Below are positions 11,801 through 21,700 of a DNA stretch of 27,028 nt, piece by piece (the first letter of the stretch is position 1; each line of letters starts with the position of its first letter). The position numbers and the translations under genes are program-made. The DNA comes from Macrostomum lignano (taxonomy: Eukaryota), in contig NIVC01001311.1 of NCBI GenBank assembly GCA_002269645.1, forward strand, positions 1 to 27,028. The letters are read 5' to 3'. Under the pieces are notes generated by a model. The model searched no databases. It saw only the letters and a list, made by a program, of their open reading frames with translations, and was not told the DNA's origin.

Positions 11801-13945
11801 GTGGTGCGAGAACAAGTGCGGCCTGCGGATTCCGCGGAGGAAGCTGGCCAGGCACGCTGAGCACGATTGCGTCAAGCGGGAGGTCGGCTGCAGCTTCTGC
11901 CGGAAGCGGTTCCTGTTCGACACGCTGCAGGTTGGTTTGTGATGGCTGCTGCTGTGGTCCTGGGTTCGAACTTCAGTCACACCTACATAAGCTATTCATA
12001 AATTAGCAATTAAAGTACTCGATCCTGCTCGAGGAAACCAAATCCTGACAAAAAAGTCATAGAAGAAAAATAGTTTATCCCAACCTCACAGATATCATAG
12101 ATCCCATCCCTAAAGCCATAGATCCCATCCCTAAAGCCATAGATCCCATCCCTAAAACCATAGATCCCATCCCTAAAGCCATAGATCCAATCTCTAAAGC
12201 AATGGATCTCACCCCTAAAGCCATAGATCCCATCTCTAAAGCAATGGATCTCACCCCTAAAGCCATAGATCCCATTCCTAAAGCCGTAGATCCCAACCCT
12301 AAAGCCATAGATCCCATCTCTAAAACCATAGTTCCCATCTCTAAAGTCATAGATCCCATTTCTAAAGCCATAGATCTCATCCCTAAAGCCATAGAGCTCA
12401 GTATAAAGATATTCCCAATACTAATAATCCTTCAACCCAAATTGCCAACACCCACAGACTCATATTCAGCAGTGCACACTGAAAGGTGTGACCACTCCAG
12501 TTTCTGGTCAGCAAAGCCACAGTAGCAATCATCAGCAGCATCAGCAACAGCAGCAGCCGCAGTACAACACTTCGACATCAACGTCAAATTCCTCATCAAA
12601 CGACGCGGCCATTCTCAGCGCAGTGGGCAAGACCTCCTCAGGAACTGGCACCAGTCCCTTGGCGGTGACCCCGGAGTCCACGCTGGACAAGCCCGACAGC
12701 GGCGGGGTGAACCCGCAGTTCAACAGCCAGCGAAGGCAGCAGCCGGAAGCCTCAGCCGAGGCACCGCCACCCGTGCCGAGGAGGGCGGCCTCCGCTGAAT
12801 GTCTTGACGGTGGCAGAGTCCGAGGAGCGCCTCCGATCGACTGTCCGTTGAAATGGTGCGGCTGCCAGTTCAAGGTGAGAGGCTTGCATAATCCTAAGGG
12901 ATTAGTGATAGAGATTTAAAAGTGTGAGGATCTAGTGCTACGATGTACACTAACACAGGTCTAGATGGTTCCGGATCAAGAGGTGCAGAACTGAGCCTCT
13001 GATCCAGAGGTTCAGTAACTGCTAGTTTGCAGGTGGTTTCGACTACTACGCAATACTCGTACGTAAGGATTCGTATGAGACACACGCCCACATGGACTTT
13101 TGCACGGAATGGAACCAAGGGTCTAGAATTTGGATCGAGAGAAAAGATACCTAGAGATTCGAGATTGAAGAGAATGTCCCTCTCGACAATGCATTTGAAA
13201 GCGAATTTCTAACTTTTGCGCAAATTGTACACAATGTTGAAGTGTTTAGTCCTCCTCGATTCATTCTATTGCGATTCCCCCAACCCCCCCCCCCCCGAAC
13301 TTTAAGGGCGATCGAGCCTCCGTCGATCGGCACCAGTGCGACCCGGCGGCGTCGGCGCATCACGTGACCTTGCTGGCCGAACTGGCTCGAGCCCAGCGCC
13401 GGGAGTTGGACTCGTTGAAGCGCCAGCTGCGTCACCTGCCGCTGGTGCACTCTGGTCGCCTGGTCTGGCGGGTTGACAATTACGCCGAGAAGCTGGCAGA
13501 CTCGACTCCCAACCGGGAGCTGGAGTTCTGCAGCGTGCCGTTCTACACTGGCAGACCGGGCTATCGGCTGCAGGCCTCCGCCTTTCTCAACGGAAACGGC
13601 AGCGGCGCAGGTCGCTACCTGTCGCTCTACGTGAAGCTGCTACCTGGGGAGTTCGATCCCATTCTGGACTGGCCGTTCGTTCGACCGATTCGAATGCGAC
13701 TGCTGGATCAGAGGGACGGGTCGGCTGGATCGCGGCGTCACCTGGAGGAGAGCTTCACCCCGGATCCCAGCTGGCGGCATTTCAAACGGCCAGGCAGGGA
13801 TGCTTCGGCCGCGTTCGGTTTTGGATTTCCGAAGTTCGCGGCACACGAACTGCTGCGGCCAGAGGGCGGCTCGGATGAGTGCTGCTACCTGCGCGACAAT
13901 GTCATCTTCCTGGAGATCGAGGTTCTGCCTGATGCGGCAGAGTGA
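8814..13945 (+). CDS. TRAF4: TNF receptor-associated factor 4 orthologue (C3HC3D RING, TRAF zinc fingers, coiled coil, MATH/TRAF-C), about 567 aa
   Basis: Exons 8814-8968, 9044-9119, 9374-9478, 11206-11367, 11769-11930, 12470-12874, 13307-13945; all GT-AG and phase-compatible (1704 nt). MPGY start as in TRAF4; RING CPIC..C.H.FC..C..CPLD; fingers CPQNCG, CQFC, CENKCG, CSFC; MATH GYRLQASAFLNGNGSGAGRYLSLY, FDPILDWPF, FTPDPSWRHFKRP, FGFGFPKF. Exon layout matches my recollection of human TRAF4. Confidence 0.93.
10095..10160 (+). repeat. Dispersed repeat fragment, copy 1
   Basis: 28-nt identity GGTCCTTTGAAACTTCACAATGGCAATC at 10101-10128 with 23977-24004, followed by a pyrimidine-rich tract. Confidence 0.75.
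10623..10984. repeat. 23-nt minisatellite (GACTCTGGCGCCAATAGTTGTTT), 14 near-perfect copies plus degenerate flanks, in TRAF4 intron 3
   Basis: Unit starts at 10657, 10680, 10703, 10726, ... 10958; a few 24-nt variants; no spacers. Confidence 0.97.
11386..11633. repeat. 21-nt minisatellite (AGATCCTGAATCYCAAATCTC), about 11-12 copies, in TRAF4 intron 4
   Basis: Direct tandem copies starting about 19 nt after the exon 4 donor. Confidence 0.96.
12092..12395. repeat. 21-nt minisatellite (CATAGATCCCATCYCTAAAGC), about 14 copies, in TRAF4 intron 5
   Basis: Direct tandem copies; they explain the spurious heptapeptide-repeat ORFs 12075-12392 and 12202-12525. Confidence 0.95.
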
Positions 13946-14019
13946 TCGACTGGAGCTGACTGAAGATTTTTTGAGCCTGGTGTCCGGTTTAGAGGCTGAC
14001 TGGCGATCAAATCCGGTTT

Positions 14020-14335
14020 ATAGAGACACTAACACCCAATGTAGAGCCCCCTGACACCCAATGTATATGTAGATCCTCCTGACACCCAACGCAGAGCCCC
14101 CTGACACCCAATGTAGAGCCTCCTGACACCTGATGTAGATCAGAGCCCCTGGCACCTGATGTAGAGCCCCTTGACCCCTGATGTAGAGCCCCCTGACACC
14201 TGATGTAGAGCCCCTGGCACCTGATGTACATGCAGAGTCCCTGACACCCACTTTAGAGTACCTTACACTCACTGTAGAGTACCTGACATTCAATGTAGAG
14301 TACCTGACACCAGATGCAGGGCACGTGACATCCAC
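14020..14335. repeat. Degenerate minisatellite of about 22 nt (ATGTAGAGCCCCCTGACACCYR), about 14 copies, just 3' of the TRAF4 stop
   Basis: Recurrent tgtagagccc...tgacacc units with indels. Confidence 0.9.
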
Positions 14336-15025
14336 TTGGCACCCCTGATTTACTTCTTATTCACTTCCGGTCTCAGGACAGATCTAATCCCTTTTACTCT
14401 CTCATTTCCTCTGGCTGACGACAGGCCCAGAGGCCTGATATCGATTTGAAATCTGTCGCTTTATCTGAAACAATATTTTCATACAAAACCAATTTCATAG
14501 AATTGGCCTAAATTTTATTATCAACATTTATTTGTGTCTTCTCAGCACTCGGGGTGCTTACTCGTATTTTGGAAGTTAAAGAATTTGGTATAGTCAATGA
14601 GTATTTGCACGAGTATTCGGTCCTGTCCATAGACCATAGACACCGGCAGTGTACCTGTCCAAGCCTTGAAAGTTGAACTTGGCAATATGCTTTTCTATTT
14701 TCATTGTTTCTACGAGTATAAGTAGCAATTTTGAGTAGTTTGTTTCTTTTTGAGTGTATTATTCTTTGTTAAAATATCCGATAGTCCGAGCGAAAATATT
14801 TGTAGATGTGTAGTGATCCCTAGGGTCTAATTTGCTCAAATCTATTTTGTTTTGTACTTTTAGAATCATCATAACAAATATTCAATTTTTATGATCAACC
14901 AATTTACAGTGTAGCAATGTTGGAATAAATTACTAAGGACTGTAACAGCAGTTTTAACAGGACCTGTAGATATGGAAGTAACCTGCACTTGGTGAACACT
15001 TTCTTTATTTTATTATGGCACCTTG

Positions 15026-15710
15026 GCTGCCTCAATTGCATCTGCCTCAGCTTCATCTTTCTCAGCTTCATCTGTCTCAGCTGCATCTGTCTCAGCTTCA
15101 TCTGCCTCAGCTTCATCTGCCTCAAGTGCATCTGCCTCAGCTTCATCTGCCTCAAGTGCATCTGCCTCAGCTTCATCTGTCTCAGCTGCATCTGTCTCAG
15201 CTTCATCTGCTTCAGCTGCATCTGTCTCAGCTGCATCTGTCTCAGCTTCATCTGCCTCAGCTGCATCTGCTTTGGTATAGTCGAGTCGAGCTGCATCTGC
15301 CTCAGCTTCATCTGCCTCAGCTTCATCTTTCTCAGCTTCATCTGTCTCAGCTGCATCTGTCTCAGCTTTATCTGTCTCAGCTTCATCTGTCTCAGCTTCA
15401 TCTGCTTTGGTATAGTCGAGTCGAGCTGCATCTGCCTCAGCTTCATCTGCCTCAGCTTCATCTGTCTCAGCTTCATCTGCCTCAGCTGCATCTGCCTCAG
15501 CTGCATCTGCTTTGGTATAGTCCAGTCGAGCTGCATCTGCCTCAGCTTCATCTGCCTCAGCTTCATCTTTCTCAGCTTCATCTGTCTCAGCTGCATCTGT
15601 CTCAGCTTTATCTGTCTCAGCTTCATCTGTCTCAGCTTCATCTGCCTCAGCTGCATCTGCCTCAGCTGCATCTGCTTTGGTATAGTCCAGTCGAGCTGCA
15701 TCTGCCTCAT
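15026..15710. repeat. 15-nt minisatellite (CTCAGCTKCATCTGY), about 45 unit lengths, with higher-order structure
   Basis: Tandem 15-mers interrupted four times by a 30-nt variant containing TTTGGTATAGTC(G/C)AGTCGAG (about 15271, 15406, 15511, 15676). Confidence 0.97.
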
Positions 15711-16083
15711 CTACGGTGTAATTATTCTAAAAATATTTTTCTTTTCTGATATTTTTGTTCCTTTGAGATGAAATCGTCAATCCTCGCATCTATAAAAGGA
15801 ATAATCCTGACGTAAAACGCTTAATCCGCAAATCACAGTCGCATCTGTGACGGAAAACACCTTCAATTTTGTCCAGATTTTCCCAATCAGACCTAAGCAG
15901 ATTGTCTTTGCCAATCATTTCCTTGGGAAGGAAAATTCCAAAGAATAAAGTAATCCATTTGGCGTTTTCTTCCAAATGAAATGCTCAAAACGACGTGGGC
16001 AACCAATTATCACCTTGTAATTAGCGGATTAACAGGAGGAAAGCTGCTTTGCGCTGAAAAGATTTACTCCGCGAAAAAATTGC

Positions 16084-16091
16084 TATATAAA
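16084..16091 (+). promoter_or_regulatory. Candidate TATA box for the GPCR gene
   Basis: TATATAAA followed by GGG, about 180 nt upstream of the ATG at 16268; motif match only. Confidence 0.3.
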
Positions 16092-16267
16092 GGGCCTCTC
16101 GAATCTTTGCTGGAAATTTTCGCTGCAGATTTTGACACTGGCTACCGATAAACTGTTGGAGTCCCAACTCGCCTGTTGAAGCTATACAGCGGTTTTAGCG
16201 TTATTAAAGAGTTGTAAAAATCGTTTTTTAACTGTTTAAACTAGTAAAACAACTTAAAAAATACATC

Positions 16268-17894
16268 ATGACTGCTAACGATACGGTTACCGAACTGGAG
16301 ACTGCTTTTGAGCACCTACCAGCTCTGATCGACTCTGATCCCATTGTTTTCTATCCCTACGTGAGTCTGACTTCCCTCGCCATGGTCATTGGGTTTTTAG
16401 GCAATATCGCCATTTTTATTACCCTGTTGGCTCGGCCCGATGTGCAGAAGGTTGGCCGGGAGTTCATGGCCAACATGTGCTTGGCTGATCTGTGCGTCAC
16501 TGGACTGGCCGATCCTCTGTGCATCGTTGGTGAGTTGCTGTTGCTATTGAACAGTGTATGTATAGGGTCAGAATTAACTGGCTGTCGTGTCCTATCTGCT
16601 CGAATCTCAGTTGATCTCAGTCTTAGGTGGGCCAACGATACACCATCCCTGGAGTCTTGGGTCTTAGGTGGGCCAACGATACACCATCCCTGGCGTCTTG
16701 GGTCTTAGGTGGGCCAACGATACACCATCCCTGGCGTCTTGGGTCTTAGGCGGGTCAATGATGCATCGCTGGAGTCTTAGGGGTTTGATGGGTCAATGGT
16801 ACATTGCTGGAGGCCTGTATTTTAGGTGGGTCAATGATGCATCACTGGAGTCTTGAGTCTTAGGCGGGTCAATGATGCATCGCTGGAGTCGTGGGTCTTA
16901 GGCTATCCAAGACACGTCACTGGAGCTAGTTTTGGGTCTTTTGTGGGTCAAGGATACATCCATCAAGTCTTAAGTCTGGTAGGTCCAAGAAGACACGTCG
17001 CTGGAGTCACAATAACACACTGACATAGTACCTGAGACGCAGTCGAAACGAAGCTACTTGAATGTAAAAAGCGTCTCCGTTTCCCCTCCAGCTGCCATTA
17101 AAGGCGAAAAATATCTGACTGAGAGACCTGAACTTTGCACTCTGGTCGCTTCGCTGTGCCTGACAGCCTGCTTCTGCGCCTTCTTCAGTCTGGGCTGCAT
17201 CACCGCATCCAGAACGGTATTCATCTGTCACAACCGAATGTACAAGAGCCTATTCAGCCGACGAAAGGCCATTGTGCAGTGCTGCCTGTGCTGGGTGCTG
17301 AGCCTGACAGCCGAGGCTGGTAACTTTCTCGGTTGGGGCGGCCATTTCTACGATCGGAAAAGCGAGAGCTGCGCTTGGCAGAGAACGGCGTCCTCGTCGT
17401 ACACATTCTTTGTCGGCGTCGGTCTGATCTCTTTCCCGCTGACTCTGATGCTGGCCGCTAATATAAAAGTCCTAGTCAAGGTTCACTCTACAAAGCTTCG
17501 CCTTCTCGCCGCCGTCACGTCTCATCTGGACAAGCCAACGCCTCGACCAAGCGCTGTCTGGCGAGAGACAGCACGAGCTTGCCGAACATTGCTGGCTATG
17601 ATCGTAGCCTTCTGCGTCTGCTGGATACCCTACACTGTTGTCATTCTGGTGGACGTCAGCAACACTGTGGTTCCGCCTCGGGTTCACCTGTTCGTAACTT
17701 GGCTGGCTCACCTGCATTCGGCTGTCATCATCTTGGTGCACCTGAGCAATCGGCAAATCCGGCTGGCAGTGATCCAAACCATCTTCTGCCAGCGCGACAA
17801 AGGATCGCCTAAGGCCAACACCGCGACTACCAAGTGCACAAACAACAGCAAAGCTACTAACCAGACCACCTCTACCACCGATAACAAGATCTGA
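16268..17894 (+). CDS. Class A (rhodopsin-family) GPCR, melatonin-receptor-like invertebrate family, about 354 aa
   Basis: Exon 1 16268-16529 (donor G|gtgagt) and exon 2 17092-17894 (acceptor cccctccag|CT) join in phase 1. N-terminal NDT sequon, TM1 GN, TM2 LADL, TM3 LCTLVASLCLTACFC, FICHNRMY, TM4 W, TM5 P, TM6 CWIPY; seven hydrophobic segments. Confidence 0.88.
16612..17010. repeat. 41-nt minisatellite (GTCTTAGGTGGGCCAACGATACACCATCCCTGGAGTCTTGG), about 9 copies, progressively diverged, in the GPCR intron
   Basis: TCTTAGG recurs at 16621, 16662, 16703 and 16744 (period 41); later copies degenerate. Confidence 0.92.
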
Positions 17895-18789
17895 TCGACA
17901 CTCCATGAATCAAGATTGAAACAAGGCTTGGATTTATTAACTAATTGAGCGGACAGTCGGAACACTCTGATTAATATTTAACGCTACCCCCAAAAAATCT
18001 ATTTAAAAAACTTTTTGTCGAACACTGTGTTTAAATGGAATATTTTGAAAAAATTTTGCGTTATAGCGACAAATAGTATAGCAAGCCAATATCCCCCAGA
18101 TCTTTTACTGGGGGGGGGGGGACATGTCCCCCCTGTACCCCCGTTGGCGACGCTCCTGACAACAGAGCTTTGGTAATATTACCCTCATAATCAAATATCC
18201 ATTATTGTTGTTGGACTCAAAATACGTTTTAAATTTTAAAAGCACTCTTCTGATATTTTCTTCATAGTGCACAATTCTCGCATCTTATCTTGCGTTTGCG
18301 TGTATTGTCAAATGTTCAAAAGAGTTAACCAGTTTATGTCTGAGCCGAAAAAGTAATATTTTCAAAATCTAAATACTCAAGCAATTTGCGTAGCACCCGA
18401 CATTTTCGGGTGAAAGTATTATAAAGCACACAGTACGCTACTAGCAGTAGGCTAATGCACATTTTTAGCTGTGTTGTCAAAAGCAATCGATAAATATAAG
18501 CGGTCTATCTACTCTAATTAAAAGTCGGCATGCAAATGCTAAATAAAAGCCGCTAAAATTGTTTAGACAAAATTATTTACAAAAAGTCTACTATTTAAGT
18601 TGCCAAGATAGTAAATTCAAAACCAGCATGATAACACCTGATTGACTGACGAAAATCGTTAAATATCGCGAGATCAACAGTAAACGTACAAGCTATTTAG
18701 AAACAATCTTTAAAAGTTACACAGGGACAAATTCATACCGTCGAGATGCGTTGTCTGTAGAACGCGGTGTTAGTGACTCGATATCAATT

Positions 18790-21700
18790 TTATACCACTG
18801 TGGACTTTCTCGGTTCGTAATAGTAATTATCGTACTCGGATTCGTAGGCACTGTACTGCATGCTCGGATCGCTCGGGTACTCGACGCTGGTGGCCAGAGA
18901 GCTGCTGCTGATGCAGCCGGGCAGGATGTAGCGCTGCAGCTCCGGCGGCAGGACGCTGCGCATTTTGCCGTGACGAGCCACGAACCGTTGGAAACTTTGC
19001 GGCAGTCCGCGCGCCTGCCCATTAATGACGCCGTTTCGTGCGGCCAAGTCGGCCGCGTCGGCGTCGGCGCCTAGCTCCAGGGTAGCCGCGGCGGCGGCGA
19101 CCGCCGACGCGTTGGCGACTGCGGCCTGCAGCTGATCGAGGCTCGATGCCCGTCGCAGGGCGCAATCTGGCGATGTTCCGTTGACAGCAACGGCCGACTG
19201 GCGCTGCAGCGGCTGTTGATGATGCATTCGGAAGCGAGGCTGACCCGGGGTCGAGTTCTGACCTCGACTGGCCCGGTCGAGCGAGCCGAACATAGACAGG
19301 CCGCTGGATGGCCGAGTCCGATCGTGCGAGTTGCCCCGCTGAAGCGGCACTGGTAGCGCCTGCTGCTTCCCCTGCTGCTCTGTGGGCTGCATCGGAGCCA
19401 ACAGCGCCGCAAGAGTCTGCCGGTGGCACAGTCGGTCGGGCACCTCGCCCTCGGATAAGTCTGCTCCGTCCGGCATGCAGAAGTCGCGCCGGAAGACGCT
19501 GCTAATTCGACGTGCCTCCGCGGCGATGCGCTCGTGAAAGCTGTCCTCCATGCCGCTGCCGATAGCAAACGGCAGACCGGCAGCTCGCAGCCGCTGCGGG
19601 AAGTCGGACTCGTCGGTCATGTTGTCGTAGTCGGACTTCTTGGATGCCGGCGTCGAAGTTGTGTCGTTCGGCGTCAGCGAGGAAGCTTGATGCGGCGGCT
19701 GCAACAGCCGGCCGAAGCCGTTCTGATAGCCACCCCGGTGGCCGCTGTACCCGTTGTAGCCAAAGCTGCGCCTGAGCCCTGGCGCATCTTCCGCCTCAGA
19801 GTGCGTTTCGTACGCGCTCGACGGAACATCGCACGAATAGCCAGCCTCCTCTTCATCTTCGTCATCCTCGGCTCTAGTTTCGTAGCCGTACTCGTCGAAG
19901 TCGGTGTCTCCGCCGTTGTCATATTCTCCAGTTTTCTGCCTGGGCTGGCGCGGTCTCGGAGCTGGCAATCTACGTCCGGCGTTCAATGGCGTCAGCAGGA
20001 CTTCTCCGTCGCTTACTCTGCCAAGATCTTCGCTAGAGATGGCCACGCTTGCGGTGGAAGTCGGCGGTAAAAAGCCAAAGTTCGGCAGGCCAACCGGCGC
20101 CACTTGCGGCAGGCGACGCTGCGCGGGTACCGGCGTCGGCGGCTCCGACCCGGGCGGAGGGTACGATGCCGTGACCGGAAGCTCGCAGTAGGACGGGTCC
20201 GCGTCAGAGAGGGCGGCAGCGGCTGCCTCTTCTGGCCAGGCGCGCATCAGTGCTGCCTCTGGCTCTCCTGGTTCAATGTTTTTGGAGTTCATTGAACTAT
20301 TAAATAACCGTTTCTTTACACACTATAATTTAAATAAAAAGGTAAGGTCATACCTGCATTGCAGTTCCCTCTAATCGACTGTCACTACCGATGTCGTTTG
20401 CCGCAGTTGCCGCTGTCGGTGTCTGCAGAGACGGCGGCGCCGACGGTCTGTACGCCTGCGGCACGTACTGGAAAAAGTTGGTGCAGTCCTCGTCAATGTC
20501 GCTCACCAGAACGTCGCTGATCTCGCCATCGTCGCTCTGCAGGCCGCGAAGTGCATCCAGGTCTGTGTCGCAGCCGCCATCGCGACCGCCGCGACCGCTG
20601 ACTCCTCCATCTGTGTTGTCATCCTCGTCACCGCTGGTCAGACCCCACCAATGGAGTCGGAGACCAGTGAAAGCAGCGAGTCGCCAACAGCCGCACCGCC
20701 AGACGCTACTCCGCCGATGCCACTACTTGAAGTCGTCGGTGGAGCTACTGGCGCCAGTCGGAACGCTCCGCTGCGTTCCTTGGCCAATCGAAACAGTACT
20801 GGAGGCACAGTAGAGCCGCTGCATGTGTTCGTCGTTTCCCAGCCAGTATTGGCGGCTGCGTTTGAACGCTGCGAGGGTTCTGCGCTGGTTGATGTCGCGG
20901 ACGCTGTAGAGATCGGTGCCTCAATTGGTGGAAGCGACAAAGTGGCCCCAGCCGTGTCTGATGGCGGTGAAGTCTTCAAGCCTCCAGCGCCGCAACGGCT
21001 TCCTCCAGAGGAGTCACTCAGCCGACTGGCTGGCGACAAGATCGGAGGACTCGGGCGCGTATACTCGGGGAAGTCTAGGTGACGGGCACTGGGCGTGCTG
21101 CGCTGGCTACCTTCGGCTGATGGGCTTGCTGAGGTGCGAGACTTTCCAGAAGCGCGAGCTGCGGCTACTGGCGGAGGAGGCCGGTATTGGTGCTGAGGCT
21201 GAGACTGGTGATGTCCACTGGTGTCGGAGTTCGATCGTGTCATGCTGTGCTATGACCGTGACTGCCACGTGGAGGTCGCGGCGGAGGCGGCACGGGAGCC
21301 GATGACTTCACAGCCGCCATCTCCATGAAGATGTTTGCGCTACTCTCAGCCATAGAATCGTACTCAGTGTCAGTGTACAGCGGGTTTCTGTGGCTCACCG
21401 GCCCCGGCATCTCAGCAGAGGCGGTAGCGGTAGCCGAAGCGCTGACTGCAGCGGCGTTGTCCGTAGCCTCGGTTGCTACTTCATCTTCGTCAGAGGTGAC
21501 AATCTGATCGAGCGTGTCACCCGGCGGATGCCTAGCCGCCGACTGAAAGGCGGCACTCTCGTGCATGAGGAAACTGCTCAGGGATGACCTACTGGCAACG
21601 GTGTCGCTAATTCTTCGAGGCCTCTGCGGCTTCTGCTGGTGAGGCTGCGGTTGAATCTGAGGCTGAAGTTGAGGTGCCGGAGGCGGCGGTGGCAGAGTCG

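Noticed and set aside
12075-12460. MGSMALG and PKAIDPI repeat ORFs
   Set aside because: By-products of the 21-nt array inside TRAF4 intron 5.
14989-15771. Plus-strand Cys/Leu-rich and PQLHL repeat ORFs as membrane or structural proteins
   Set aside because: Alternative frames of a stop-poor 15-mer; no independent domain or splice support.
18110-18160. 18-bp palindrome GGGGGGACATGTCCCCCC (18116-18133) and a possible MITE end
   Set aside because: No matching second terminus or target-site duplication found; too little to call an element.
21250-21311. 62-nt intron as the explanation of the first tail frameshift
   Set aside because: Formally in phase, but GC-rich, codon-like (PPPPRPP) and with a weak donor, unlike the other introns here; kept only as a minor alternative.
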